Source: Candidatus Babeliales bacterium (lineage in GTDB: Bacteria > Babelota > Babeliae > Babelales > JACPOV01). From it: 64,000 nucleotides of DNA. Position numbers and translations under genes: made by a program. The stretch spans positions 32,001 to 96,000 of the forward strand of contig JBFWNW010000001.1 of assembly GCA_050250855.1 (NCBI GenBank). The letters run 5' to 3'. This document shows, one piece after another, positions 52,272 through 61,822 of this stretch (the first letter of the stretch is position 1; each line of letters opens with the position of its first letter). The notes under the pieces were generated by a model, which was given only the letters and a program-made list of their open reading frames with translations, was not told the origin of the DNA and made no database searches.

Positions 52272-53771
52272 TTAAAAACTGCCTCCTCCTTTTGCCCAGA
52301 TTCCCCACGTGCGCAGAGCGCTATTATTGTGTGGTAATTCAACATACATACCAAAGCCGCCAAAAAACTCTACTGTTTTATAGTCTGCGCGAGCACCAAG
52401 CGTAAAAAATACGCGGTGTGCTAGTGCTTTGCGTGCAGCTGCTGAATCAAAATCAAGATCATAATCATGCAGCGGCACAAAGGTGGGGTCTCCTTGCGCA
52501 TCACGGTCAATTGCAGCTTGTGCATTAATAGTACTCGCGCTTGCCGTAGCGCCAATATTAGTGCCAGGAACTAACGTGCCATCACCGGCAATCCCATACT
52601 CAGGAATAAATGGTTGTGCCAGTTCAATCTGTTCATCACCATGACCCCACAAATTGTAGCCGCACGCAAGTTCAGCGCATGCAACTTGTACGCGAATCCC
52701 GGCAGTCAGATCAAAAAAATTAAAAGGTTGTACTTTGCATTTAGGTGTTAATATTGTTGTTGCAGGAATGTTCATTACACCATCATTTTTATTGAGCAAT
52801 AAATAGCGGCTCCAGGGTTTAAAACGCAGATCAAACGTGCGGCGTTGAAAGTTACGCAAAAAAAATTGATTTTCAATACTCACAATAAGTGCAATAATTT
52901 TTGCATGCGTATCAGTATTAAAAGGCAGCTGCGCATTCATGCCGCATAAAAAACCAAAATGTTTATTATGGCCAAGAAAAGAATCAAACATATAGGCAGG
53001 ATTTTGTTTTCCCGTTGTTGCCAAAATAGCACCACCATAAAAACCAAGCTGAAAGCCGTGATGCTGCAAGTAACTATTGCCAATTTTTAAATAGATTTCA
53101 GGAATAGAGAATTTTCTGTGTGCTTGCGGATTTATTTTGCCATAGATAAGATTGGGCGCATTCAGTGCTTGGATAATAGTTGCTGGAAACTGTTCTGTTT
53201 TTAACGATAATAGTTCTTGTCGCGGATTTATTTTGTTTTCTACATACTGCAGCGGGAGCGCTAAAGCGACCCATATTGCTTGCAAAAAAGTATGATCAGA
53301 AAATTTTTTTACATCTTGATTTACTTCAAGCCACAATCCTGCTTGCCGCTGGCGTGGTTCAAGCGAAAAGATGCCATTAAATGTAGCAGGTAAATTAATC
53401 CATTCTGCACGCACATCCCGTTCATTATTATTTTGTACAACAGCATCACCTTTTACCGTGAGCGCCGTTTTACCATTAAATAAAAAATAACGCGTTGTTG
53501 CTTTGCTGTGCAGTGAATGTTGATACAGGGGCATACTTTGTACGCTTACCAGTTCACAGCCTTGTTTATTGTACACGGCATCATGCCAAAAGGCAGCATT
53601 TTGTGCGGCAATATTTTGGTAGATCGGTCGCGTGAACATAAACGATTGGCTGTAAAAATCATTATGTTTGGGTTCTTGCGCTTTCCAGAAAGGAAAACCA
53701 ATACCGTGATTATCAGCGCAACAGGAAGTATAAACAAAGAATATATACCAAAGAAGGACTGTTTTTTTCAT
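52272..53771 (-). CDS. Secreted hypothetical protein, probable outer-membrane beta-barrel
   Basis: Signal peptide; amphipathic strands; C-terminal WGIWAKGGGSF ending in Phe. Confidence 0.7.
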   Translation of the reverse strand: MKKTVLLWYIFFVYTSCCADNHGIGFPFWKAQEPKHNDFYSQSFMFTRPIYQNIAAQNAAFWHDAVYNKQGCELVSVQSMPLYQHSLHSKATTRYFLFNGKTALTVKGDAVVQNNNERDVRAEWINLPATFNGIFSLEPRQRQAGLWLEVNQDVKKFSDHTFLQAIWVALALPLQYVENKINPRQELLSLKTEQFPATIIQALNAPNLIYGKINPQAHRKFSIPEIYLKIGNSYLQHHGFQLGFYGGAILATTGKQNPAYMFDSFLGHNKHFGFLCGMNAQLPFNTDTHAKIIALIVSIENQFFLRNFQRRTFDLRFKPWSRYLLLNKNDGVMNIPATTILTPKCKVQPFNFFDLTAGIRVQVACAELACGYNLWGHGDEQIELAQPFIPEYGIAGDGTLVPGTNIGATASASTINAQAAIDRDAQGDPTFVPLHDYDLDFDSAAARKALAHRVFFTLGARADYKTVEFFGGFGMYVELPHNNSALRTWGIWAKGGGSF

Positions 53772-53917
53772 AGAAGTTTTTTCCTATTAACCAAGATGAA
53801 GAGATTAAATATTTTTTTAGTATAATTTTTTCCAATACAAATCACTAATATACTTTTGTTCTATATTATTTTTATATAGTATGCGGCTACTCTTTTTTTA
53901 CATGCTATTTTTTCTGT

Positions 53918-54285
53918 TATAAATTTCACGGTCCCTCTCCGGGACGGGACCAGCCCCTTTTGCTTGTACAAAAGGGCTGGACAAAAATACACCAACATGC
54001 TGTTGGATCCGCTTGCCCGCTCAAACATCAACCACTCATCCTTCGGCTTTCAGCCTTGGCTTCAGGTCGCTGATTCGCTACCGGTATGAATGTATAAAAT
54101 TATCATCGTTCGCACCCTTCGACGAGCTCAGGGCGAACGGAATAAAAAAAATACTTATCTTCTGGCCGTTCGTGCTGAGGGTTTTTCAAAGAAAAACGTC
54201 TCGAAGCATACGAACTAATTTGCCGGCCGTGTCCGCCATAGCTCGAAGAGCGACGGCTGGACATGAAGGCGCCGTGAGATTTGTA
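53918..54285. mobile_element. About 370-bp non-coding element with 14-bp TIRs carrying several palindrome types
   Basis: TATAAATTTCACGG vs rc TACAAATCTCACGG (12/14); REPs 54107-54140(-) and 54166-54215(+); hairpins 53931-53980 and 54230-54263. Confidence 0.75.
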
Positions 54286-54364
54286 TAAACAAAGAAGATT
54301 TTTTCCCTGAGAGGAATTGTGAGATTTGTCATTTAAAAAATATATTAATTATAAAAAAATAGTT

Positions 54365-55249
54365 TTACTTATACACCACTGCAGCCAATTCTTTACAAAA
54401 AGCCACCGCATCAGCTAATGATTTTTGGTGAATATTGCGCCCGATAGCAGCACCGGCGATATTTTCAATCATCATATATTCTTGCAGCTGTTTAATAAAT
54501 TTTTTTGGTGCAATAGTTTGGCCGCCAGAAAGTAATAATTTAGTATTACCTGCTGCTTGTCCTGCAACCGCAAGCCATTCCAGGCTGCTCATATCTTCTT
54601 CATCACTTGGTTCTGGTAGATTAATTTTTGCAAAATCAGCACCAAGAGCATTTGCTGCACCGGCAGCGCCGGCAATAATCATGCCGTGGCGTTCATACCC
54701 TTCTAAGCATTCACCGCGCGGGTACATCCATAAAATAGTTACCAAGCCATGTTGATGCGCTTCATATACTATTTGTGCTGCCTGGGTGAGCATTTCTGCT
54801 TCATACTGACTGCCAAGATAAACGGTGTAGCCAACGCCGCAAATGGGAAGATTTGTTTGCTGCTTGAATGCAGCAACTTGCTGAATGTTCCAGAGCTCTT
54901 TACTTAAAGGATCAGAATAATCGGTTGGAATAATATCCGTTTTTCCATTTAATTTGACGATATAATTAATATTCTTGTACTGTTTTCCATAGCGTGCAAT
55001 AAGGCCTAACTGGGTTGCCATAGCGCCAATATCAGCTTGTGAGGCGATCGAAAATAAATGATTTGGATTGCTATCAGCAGGATCTATATCAGCCCCAAAA
55101 AAATCTTTATGAAGATGCTCAATTTTTTGATCAGCGGAAAAAAGCAAGAGGTTGCCGGTGTTGCGTGTCAGTGCTGTATAATGCTTTACAAATGCATCAA
55201 TACTTTTTTCTGGTACATCAGCCGGAACAAAACAATGTTTTTCTGCCAT
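54365..55249 (-). CDS. Class I aldolase (DhnA/FbaB family)
   Basis: DQKIEH, YIVKLN, VGYTVYLGS, LWMYPRG, GADFAK, SGG, GRNIHQ. Confidence 0.9.
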   Translation of the reverse strand: MAEKHCFVPADVPEKSIDAFVKHYTALTRNTGNLLLFSADQKIEHLHKDFFGADIDPADSNPNHLFSIASQADIGAMATQLGLIARYGKQYKNINYIVKLNGKTDIIPTDYSDPLSKELWNIQQVAAFKQQTNLPICGVGYTVYLGSQYEAEMLTQAAQIVYEAHQHGLVTILWMYPRGECLEGYERHGMIIAGAAGAANALGADFAKINLPEPSDEEDMSSLEWLAVAGQAAGNTKLLLSGGQTIAPKKFIKQLQEYMMIENIAGAAIGRNIHQKSLADAVAFCKELAAVVYK

Positions 55250-55325
55250 AAAAAATTCCTTGTAGGTTTCGAGTTTTTTATTTCGAATCTACAAGGAACT
55301 GTATTTTTAAACAAGTATTTTGGAC

Positions 55326-55940
55326 TTATTCTTTTTGTTTATACTTCTCTAAAAGAGCTTCAATTTCTTTTAAGTTATATTTTTTTGTAAGAGAGAAAGC
55401 ATCTTTTTGCGATGCTTTTATGCTAAGGGAACCCAGACCAAAAGCTTTTGTTTCTGGATTTGCACCAGCTGCCAAAAGGTCTTTAATCGTTTGAAGATAC
55501 TTTTGCTGGTCGTTTGTTTTTGTGTTATAGAATTCTATAGCCCACATTAAGGGAGTTGCCGATCGATTACCATCAATAGTATTTATGTCGCCACCAGCTT
55601 TTTTTAGTGCTAAAAGAGCTGATAGAGAATGCCTTCCGTTAACAGAAAAATCAAAAAATAACGCATTAAGTTCTCTGTTTGATTTATTTTGTAAATAATT
55701 TTTAACAAGGCTGTCGAGTGCCAAATCACCTAAATATTTATCAGATATATTATGCGTGATAAGATGATCAATTTTTTGAGCTGCATCAAAAAAGTTTGGT
55801 GTTGTTTGTCTAATCTCCAGAAGCTTACCTACAAAGTCAAGTTGAGAAATAGCAGGTTCTTGTACTGTTTTTTCCGATGCAAGCAAAGAAGTTCCTGCTA
55901 GTAGAGTAATTATTAAGAAATTTTTTTTAATATTTTTCAT
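55326..55940 (-). CDS. Secreted ankyrin-repeat protein
   Basis: AGGDIN, TPLMWAI, LLAAGANP. Confidence 0.8.
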   Translation of the reverse strand: MKNIKKNFLIITLLAGTSLLASEKTVQEPAISQLDFVGKLLEIRQTTPNFFDAAQKIDHLITHNISDKYLGDLALDSLVKNYLQNKSNRELNALFFDFSVNGRHSLSALLALKKAGGDINTIDGNRSATPLMWAIEFYNTKTNDQQKYLQTIKDLLAAGANPETKAFGLGSLSIKASQKDAFSLTKKYNLKEIEALLEKYKQKE

Positions 55941-56083
55941 AGTATCCTTATTTTTCTTTGTTCATTAACTAGAGAGTAAAAAAGCTAAGTACAATTGGTT
56001 TAAATTGTATCTTATTTTATTTTAGTAAATATTGCGATAAAAAAGCAAGATTTTTAGTAAAAAAGCCTTATCTACAGGTATTT

Positions 56084-57721
56084 TTAGACCATTTTTTCAT
56101 GGATTACTAGGTTTTCAGCCACCTTCATAAAAAGAGGGGCGGCAACCTGGGAGGCGTAGAGATTCTTAGAGGCAGCATTTTGAATATAGGTTACAATAAC
56201 GCGTTTATAATCACCTTTTTCTATAATACCAGCAAACGTATAGGTGTTATGATCTGGTGTATACTGTCCATCAATGACCATGTTAGCAGTTCCTGTTTTG
56301 CCCATAACGCGATAACCATTGAGCGCAGCGCGCCGCGCTGTTCCTTGCGTTACTGTTTTTTCTAATATATCGCGCATGGTTTCAAGTGAGCTATATTTAT
56401 ATAGATACTCTTTCTCTTTATTCTCCTCAGGATTATGCTTCTTAATAAGTCTTGGTTCAATTAAATAACCACCATTAGCAAGTAAAGAAAATGCGCGCGC
56501 TAATTGTACTAAATTAGCAGTAATTTCATAACCAAACGATAATGAAATAATAGAAGGCTTAGACCAATTTTTTGGTGGATTGACAAAACCTGCTTGTTGG
56601 CCTGGCCAGTTGATAGGTAATTTTTGGCCAAAGCCCAAGCGGTTGTAATGATGATACAAATCTGGCCCTAAGCGGCAGGCAACGTGCGCTATGCCGATAT
56701 TATTTGATTTTTGAATAACTTCAGTAAAAGGAATAATGCCATGAGGATAAACGGTGTTAACGCGAACGCCATTAAGCATGGTAGTTTTTGTATTTTGGCA
56801 ATCAATAAGTTCATCCGGCTCTACAAGATGTTCTTCAAGTGCGGCAAGTGCGGTAAAAACTTTCATAACAGAACCCAGTTCATGAACATCGGTGAGAGCT
56901 TTATTTTTTGTATATTCTATACAGAGCTGTTCGGTATTATTAGGATCAAACAACGGATACTGAGCCATGCTCAAAATATCTCCTGTTGTAGGATCCATGA
57001 CAACAACAGCGCCTTCTTGCGCATTGAATTTTTCAACCGCTTCTTTTAAATTTTCATAGGTCAAAAATTGTAAATCAGCATCAATGGTAAGTTCAATCGG
57101 TTTTCCTTCAACCCCTTCTTGCTTGGTTGATTTGGTAAAATAAAAATGTCCTGAGCGTGCATCCTTTTCAAGCACGTAGGTGGTAGGAATACCAGCAAGA
57201 GATTCGTTATAAAGAAGTTCTATGCCGCATTGTCCATTATTATCGATGTCAGTAATGCCAACAACGTGACCCAAAGATTCATACGGATAAAAACGATTTG
57301 GTTCTTTGAGTAGTTTTATGTCAGGAATATTTGTTTGTTCAAGTAGCTGTTGCTGTTCTGGTGTTAGTTTGCGTTTTATATATAAAAAGTGTGCATCAGG
57401 ATGACTATATAAGCGCTCAAGTGCTTGCGGGAAATGCTTTTTTAAAAACTGTTCCACGCGTTCAATGTGCTCAATTTTTTTAGGGAGTATAAAAGCAGAA
57501 AGAGAATGTTTATTGAGTGCGAGTGGCTGGCCATTGCGGTCAAAAATAAGAGCACGTTCAGGGGTGCTTTTTATGGTTACATTATATTGTTGTTTGCCAA
57601 GATTAGAAAAAAAAGCACGTTGCTTTATTTGAATGGCATAAAGATTACATAAAATAAGAAAATAAAGAGCGCAGAAAAATAAAAATATAAAGGCGGTTCT
57701 AATTTTATATGCTGTTTTCAT
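56084..57721 (-). CDS. ftsI: Class B penicillin-binding protein (FtsI/PBP3)
   Basis: R..IFDRNG, GSVMK, SNN, GKTGT; downstream of an ftsL-like gene. Confidence 0.9.
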   Translation of the reverse strand: MKTAYKIRTAFIFLFFCALYFLILCNLYAIQIKQRAFFSNLGKQQYNVTIKSTPERALIFDRNGQPLALNKHSLSAFILPKKIEHIERVEQFLKKHFPQALERLYSHPDAHFLYIKRKLTPEQQQLLEQTNIPDIKLLKEPNRFYPYESLGHVVGITDIDNNGQCGIELLYNESLAGIPTTYVLEKDARSGHFYFTKSTKQEGVEGKPIELTIDADLQFLTYENLKEAVEKFNAQEGAVVVMDPTTGDILSMAQYPLFDPNNTEQLCIEYTKNKALTDVHELGSVMKVFTALAALEEHLVEPDELIDCQNTKTTMLNGVRVNTVYPHGIIPFTEVIQKSNNIGIAHVACRLGPDLYHHYNRLGFGQKLPINWPGQQAGFVNPPKNWSKPSIISLSFGYEITANLVQLARAFSLLANGGYLIEPRLIKKHNPEENKEKEYLYKYSSLETMRDILEKTVTQGTARRAALNGYRVMGKTGTANMVIDGQYTPDHNTYTFAGIIEKGDYKRVIVTYIQNAASKNLYASQVAAPLFMKVAENLVIHEKMV

Positions 57722-57983
57722 GAGGCATCTGTTTAATTTGTGATAACGTTATTTTTTTCATGCCAAGTTCTTCTTGGGCGTACTGTTTTATAGCGGCTCT
57801 ATTATGCACCAGATACCATTGTTGCATAAGATTGTTTTTTTTTTCAAGAAGATCGTGCTTTATTTTTTCACTTTTTTGTTTTTGGTACGATAGTTCAACT
57901 AAGTAGCTTTGTTTATGAATTTGCAAAAAGATAAAGCCAATATGCAGGCTAATAAAAAGAGTAATAAAGGTATGCGCTTTCAT
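57705..57983 (-). CDS. ftsL: Cell division protein FtsL-like
   Basis: TM then coiled coil, AQEELGM; overlaps the ftsI start. Confidence 0.75.
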   Translation of the reverse strand: MKAHTFITLFISLHIGFIFLQIHKQSYLVELSYQKQKSEKIKHDLLEKKNNLMQQWYLVHNRAAIKQYAQEELGMKKITLSQIKQMPHENSI

Positions 57984-58042
57984 AAAATCCCTTTTTTTTG
58001 AGCATACCCTTATTAAGGTGAATTTTTAAAGAGTCTTGTAGT

Positions 58043-58546
58043 TTATTCTGTTTCCAGTTTTAATTTTTTATGCGTAAGTTTTTCTTTTTCATCTAAAAAA
58101 TCATCTAATTTTTGTTTAAAAGTATTCGTTTTTTGTAATTTCTTTTCATAATCTTTAAGGAACGATGTTTTCATACCTATTAAAAATTTATTGGTTTCAG
58201 GATCTGTATCTAATTTTTCAAGCTCATTTTTATGCAATGTTACACGAGCTTCTAGATCCGCTTGGTCTTTTGAAGCTAGGGCCCAAACATTTAGACGTAC
58301 TTCTTCATCCCACTTATTTAAATCAGGATTTTTTTTGCTTTTGGTATTTTCATAATAGATAGCGATTTTTTCAAATTTGTTTTTATTTTCTGCCCATTCA
58401 TTTTTAAGTTCTTCTGGAGAAATAACAGGAATATCTTTTTCAAATACATATTCCAAAGCTTTTTTTTTAAAGCGTACTTTACGTTTTTCCATGCAGTTCA
58501 TGAACATACATGTTGTAATGGTGATAATAAAAAATAGTGACTTCAT
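58043..58546 (-). CDS. Secreted hypothetical protein
   Basis: Signal peptide + ME; basic stretches. Confidence 0.7.
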   Translation of the reverse strand: MKSLFFIITITTCMFMNCMEKRKVRFKKKALEYVFEKDIPVISPEELKNEWAENKNKFEKIAIYYENTKSKKNPDLNKWDEEVRLNVWALASKDQADLEARVTLHKNELEKLDTDPETNKFLIGMKTSFLKDYEKKLQKTNTFKQKLDDFLDEKEKLTHKKLKLETE

Positions 58547-58550
58547 AGGT

Positions 58551-59096
58551 TTAAAGATTTTCTGCTTTTAACTTTTTTGTTGATTGTAAATCTCTTAATG
58601 CAACCAATTCACTGCGAGCCCAGTGATCTTTAAGTTCTTCTTGGTAAGAAATACCATGTTTAATAAGCTCAAGTTTGATTTTTATTTGTTCTTGCAGATG
58701 TTTATCAATACTATCAAGAGCATCTTTATATTTTGGTGCCCCAGTATCTTGATAGTTTTCTGCCGCTATCTTTCTGAGTTCTATGATTTCTGGATTAGTA
58801 CGGTATTTTAGGTTTTCTGGCAAAGCAACTATATTGTGCAAGAGCAAGCCGAGTCCTGACTCTCTTTGAACGAAAGTAGGTTTTTTTTGTTTTTTTTCTG
58901 GTGTGAGCGGTTGTTTTTTGGGGCTCGTCCATGCAGTTTCAAGGTTTTGTTTTTTTTGATCATTATCGAGAGCTTTAATATCAGGTCTTGCCAAAGATGA
59001 AAAATTTGGTTTTTTTCTATTTTTAAGATTTTCCATGCTATTAATGAGCCCGCATGTTGAAGTTGTCAGTATTAAAATAATAAGTAATTTTTTCAT
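58551..59096 (-). CDS. Secreted hypothetical protein
   Basis: MKKLL signal peptide + ME. Confidence 0.7.
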   Translation of the reverse strand: MKKLLIILILTTSTCGLINSMENLKNRKKPNFSSLARPDIKALDNDQKKQNLETAWTSPKKQPLTPEKKQKKPTFVQRESGLGLLLHNIVALPENLKYRTNPEIIELRKIAAENYQDTGAPKYKDALDSIDKHLQEQIKIKLELIKHGISYQEELKDHWARSELVALRDLQSTKKLKAENL

Positions 59097-59115
59097 AGTA
59101 AAATCTTTCATAGTT

Positions 59116-59453
59116 TTATAGTTTTTCTTGTTTTTGTTTTTTTATAGTTCCGAGAAATTCTAGTAATTTCCCTTTGTCTATTGCCGGTACAGATAGTTCA
59201 GATTTTGCAGGGTTATCCTTACGGTCTTCTTTTGGGTTTAGTATATCTTCTACATCTAATCCTGATAAAGTACTAGGCAGAAATCAAAATTTATTTTTTG
59301 TGGGCGTGGAGGGCATTGTGGGCCTGATTTTTGAGTGTTTGCCAAGTTTTCAAAGCTAGGGACAGGAATAGCAGGTTTTTTTATCGCAGGTTCCATACCA
59401 GTAACCAAGCCGCAGGTCAGGGTGCATGTTAAGGTGATAAGTAGCTTTTTCAT
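59116..59453 (-). pseudogene. Secreted hypothetical gene with a 1-nt frameshift
   Basis: Span is 338 nt (3n-1); a shift near 59282 continues FLPSTLSGLD...QEKL* to a stop just ahead of the next gene. Confidence 0.55.
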
Positions 59454-59622
59454 AGAATATTCTCCATATTAAGCCGATATTGGTTTAATAATAGTTATAG
59501 GTAATTTTAACCTAATAATTTCAAATTGTCAATAGGGGTCTGTGGAAGTATATAGGCAAAAAAGAACCTTTTTGCTATACTAGAACTGTTTTCATGATTT
59601 TATAACCAAAAAGGTTTTTAGC

Positions 59623-61125
59623 ATGGTTTTTAAAGAAAGCTCTCCCGAAGTTCTTATTGAACATGAGCAAGAACTCTCAGATGAATCAAAAGTCCGTATT
59701 GCAAAAGTAGAAGAGATGCGCAAACAGGGTATTGAGCCCTGGCCGCCAGCACGTGCTGTTTCTCATACTTGTAAGCAGGTGCATGATGAATTTGAGCCTG
59801 ATGCGCACAAAGAGTATACGCTTGCCGGTCGTTTAATGTCTTTACGCTGGCATGGAAAAACAGCGTTTGCTGATCTGCAAGATAGAAGCGGCAGGGTGCA
59901 ACTTTATTTTAAAAAAGATGCATTAGGGGAAGAGCAATTTTCTATACTTAAAAACTTTGTTGATATTGGTGATATTGTCTGGGTGCAAGGAACTTCCTTT
60001 AAAACTAAAATGGGAGAAGTTACCCTTGAAGTAAAAACATTTGAACTCTTGAGCAAATGTATTCATCCGTTGCCAGAAAAATTTCATGGCCTGACTGATA
60101 CAGAAAAACGCTATCGCCAGCGCTATCTTGATTTGATAGTGAATCCAGACAATAAAGAAAAATTTATTCGCCGTACGCTGCTCGTGCGCGCTATGCGTAC
60201 CTTTTTGGATAATCATGGCTTTTTGGAAGTGGAAACACCGATGCTGCACCCCATTGCTGGTGGCGCTACAGCACGTCCTTTTGTAACGCATCACAATGCG
60301 TATGATTCTGATTTTTATTTACGTATTGCGCCTGAGCTTTATTTAAAACGTTTAATCGTTGGTGGTCTTGAACGCGTGTATGAAATTAATCGTAACTTCC
60401 GCAATGAAGGCGTTTCAACAAGGCATAATCCAGAATTTACGATGTGCGAATTTTATATGGCACATCATGATTATCATTTTATCATGGGCTTTGTTGAAGA
60501 AATGCTACGTGCCATGATGCTTGAAAGTTGTGGAACGTTGCAAGTACCATTTGGCGATCATACGCTTGATTTTGGCGTTAGTTTTAAACGTTTGAGTATT
60601 CGTGATTCAGTGCTTGAAATTGGTGGCTTGCAGGAAAAAGATATTCAAGAAAGTGCTCTTGATGCAACGTTAAAAAAACATAACGTAAAAGTAGCCAATA
60701 AAAAAGCATCAGCAGGCGAAAAGATATTTGCTTTATTTGAAGAGCTTGTAGAACACAAACTTATTCAACCAACCTTTATTACCGATTTTCCTATTGAAGT
60801 TTCTCCGCTTGCAAAGCGTGATTCTAAAAATCCTGCCATTGCTGCACGTTTTGAACTATTTATAGCCGGCATGGAGTTGAGCAACGGTTTTAACGAGTTG
60901 AATGATCCTTTTGACCAAGCAGAACGTTTTGAGCAACAGCTGGAAGCGCATAAAGCGGGCAATGATGAAGCGCATCAGTACGATGCAGATTATATTCATG
61001 CACTTGAATATGCTTTGTCGCCTACTGTTGGCGTGGGAATTGGTATTGATCGTTTAGTTATGCTTGCAACCAATACAACGTCCATAAAAGATGTAATTTT
61101 ATTTCCGACATTAAAAAAGAAGTAA
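59623..61125 (+). CDS. lysS: Lysine--tRNA ligase (class II)
   Basis: RYRQRYLDL, YLRIAPELYLKRL, FRNEG, HNPEF, GIGIDRL. Confidence 0.98.
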   Translation: MVFKESSPEVLIEHEQELSDESKVRIAKVEEMRKQGIEPWPPARAVSHTCKQVHDEFEPDAHKEYTLAGRLMSLRWHGKTAFADLQDRSGRVQLYFKKDALGEEQFSILKNFVDIGDIVWVQGTSFKTKMGEVTLEVKTFELLSKCIHPLPEKFHGLTDTEKRYRQRYLDLIVNPDNKEKFIRRTLLVRAMRTFLDNHGFLEVETPMLHPIAGGATARPFVTHHNAYDSDFYLRIAPELYLKRLIVGGLERVYEINRNFRNEGVSTRHNPEFTMCEFYMAHHDYHFIMGFVEEMLRAMMLESCGTLQVPFGDHTLDFGVSFKRLSIRDSVLEIGGLQEKDIQESALDATLKKHNVKVANKKASAGEKIFALFEELVEHKLIQPTFITDFPIEVSPLAKRDSKNPAIAARFELFIAGMELSNGFNELNDPFDQAERFEQQLEAHKAGNDEAHQYDADYIHALEYALSPTVGVGIGIDRLVMLATNTTSIKDVILFPTLKKK

Positions 61126-61129
61126 TATA

Positions 61130-61154
61130 TACTCCCGTTTACCCAACGGGAGTA
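61130..61154 (+). terminator. Hairpin after lysS
   Basis: tactcccgtt/aacgggagta 10-bp stem; no T tract. Confidence 0.5.
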
Positions 61155-61163
61155 ACAAGTGAA

Positions 61164-61671
61164 TGCATTGATAGAATCCCGTTCGTGGTGAGGAGCCCAG
61201 CGAAGTTCTTTAACAGAGCCTGGGCGTCTCGAACCATAGGGATACAAAAGAAAATAATATAATAATGCTTCCTTTTTATTTGTTTTACATTGTGCTGATA
61301 ATTCATACTACAGTGGTCATACCGATGATATTGAAAAACGTATGGCAGAGCATATTGCTGGTGGTATAAGTAAATACACATCTACTCGTTTACCTGTTAA
61401 GTTAGTTTATCTAGAAACATTTTCAACAAGAGTAGAAGCTTTAGAGGCAGAAATTAAAATAAAAAAATGGTCAAAAAAGAAAAAAGAAGCTTTAATTGCT
61501 AGAAATTGGACAATGCTCATTCAATTAGCAAAAAGAAGAAAGAGTTTTTAGCATTGTGGTTCGAGACGCAAACTAAATAAGTTTGCTCCTCACCACGAAC
61601 GGAATTTAAATAATTTTTAATAACTCGATTGATTCATTTTTAGTAAAAATCCTTAGATCGAATTTACGTTA
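61164..61671 (+). mobile_element. REP-flanked GIY-YIG unit
   Basis: REP(+) 61179-61236, nuclease gene, REP(-) 61557-61602, and a conserved right end also found at 5211-5301. Confidence 0.8.
61265..61551 (+). pseudogene. Small stand-alone GIY-YIG nuclease (YhbQ/UPF0213-like); start codon out of frame
   Basis: The frame of 61342-61551 extends upstream as FLFVLHCADNSYYSGHTDDIEKRMAEH...KYT..R.PV.LVY.E...ALEAE..IK; nearest ATG (61265) is 1 nt out of frame. Confidence 0.85.
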
Positions 61672-61677
61672 AAATAG

Positions 61678-61772
61678 TGCATTGATAGAATCCCGTTCGT
61701 GGTGAGGAGCCCAGCGAAGTTCTTTAACGGAGCTGGGCGTCTCGAACCATAGGGATACAAAAGATCGAATTT
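61678..61772 (+). repeat. Direct copy of the unit's left arm fused to its right end (gene deleted)
   Basis: 61678-61764 equals 61164-61251 apart from 1 substitution and 1 indel, then tcgaattta as at 61658-61666. Confidence 0.9.
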
Positions 61773-61822
61773 ATTTTTTTACTGGTTAAAATTTAGTATA
61801 CTTTAACCTTAATGAAGCGCTC

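Noticed and set aside
54013..54288. 91-aa ORF
   Set aside because: Lies wholly within the palindromic element, has a TTG start and no recognisable motif.
59538..59548. DnaA box or origin
   Set aside because: TTCCACA is only a partial match and is not clustered.
61164..61764. CRISPR array
   Set aside because: Only two long direct repeats, separated by a gene; no regular spacers and no cas genes.
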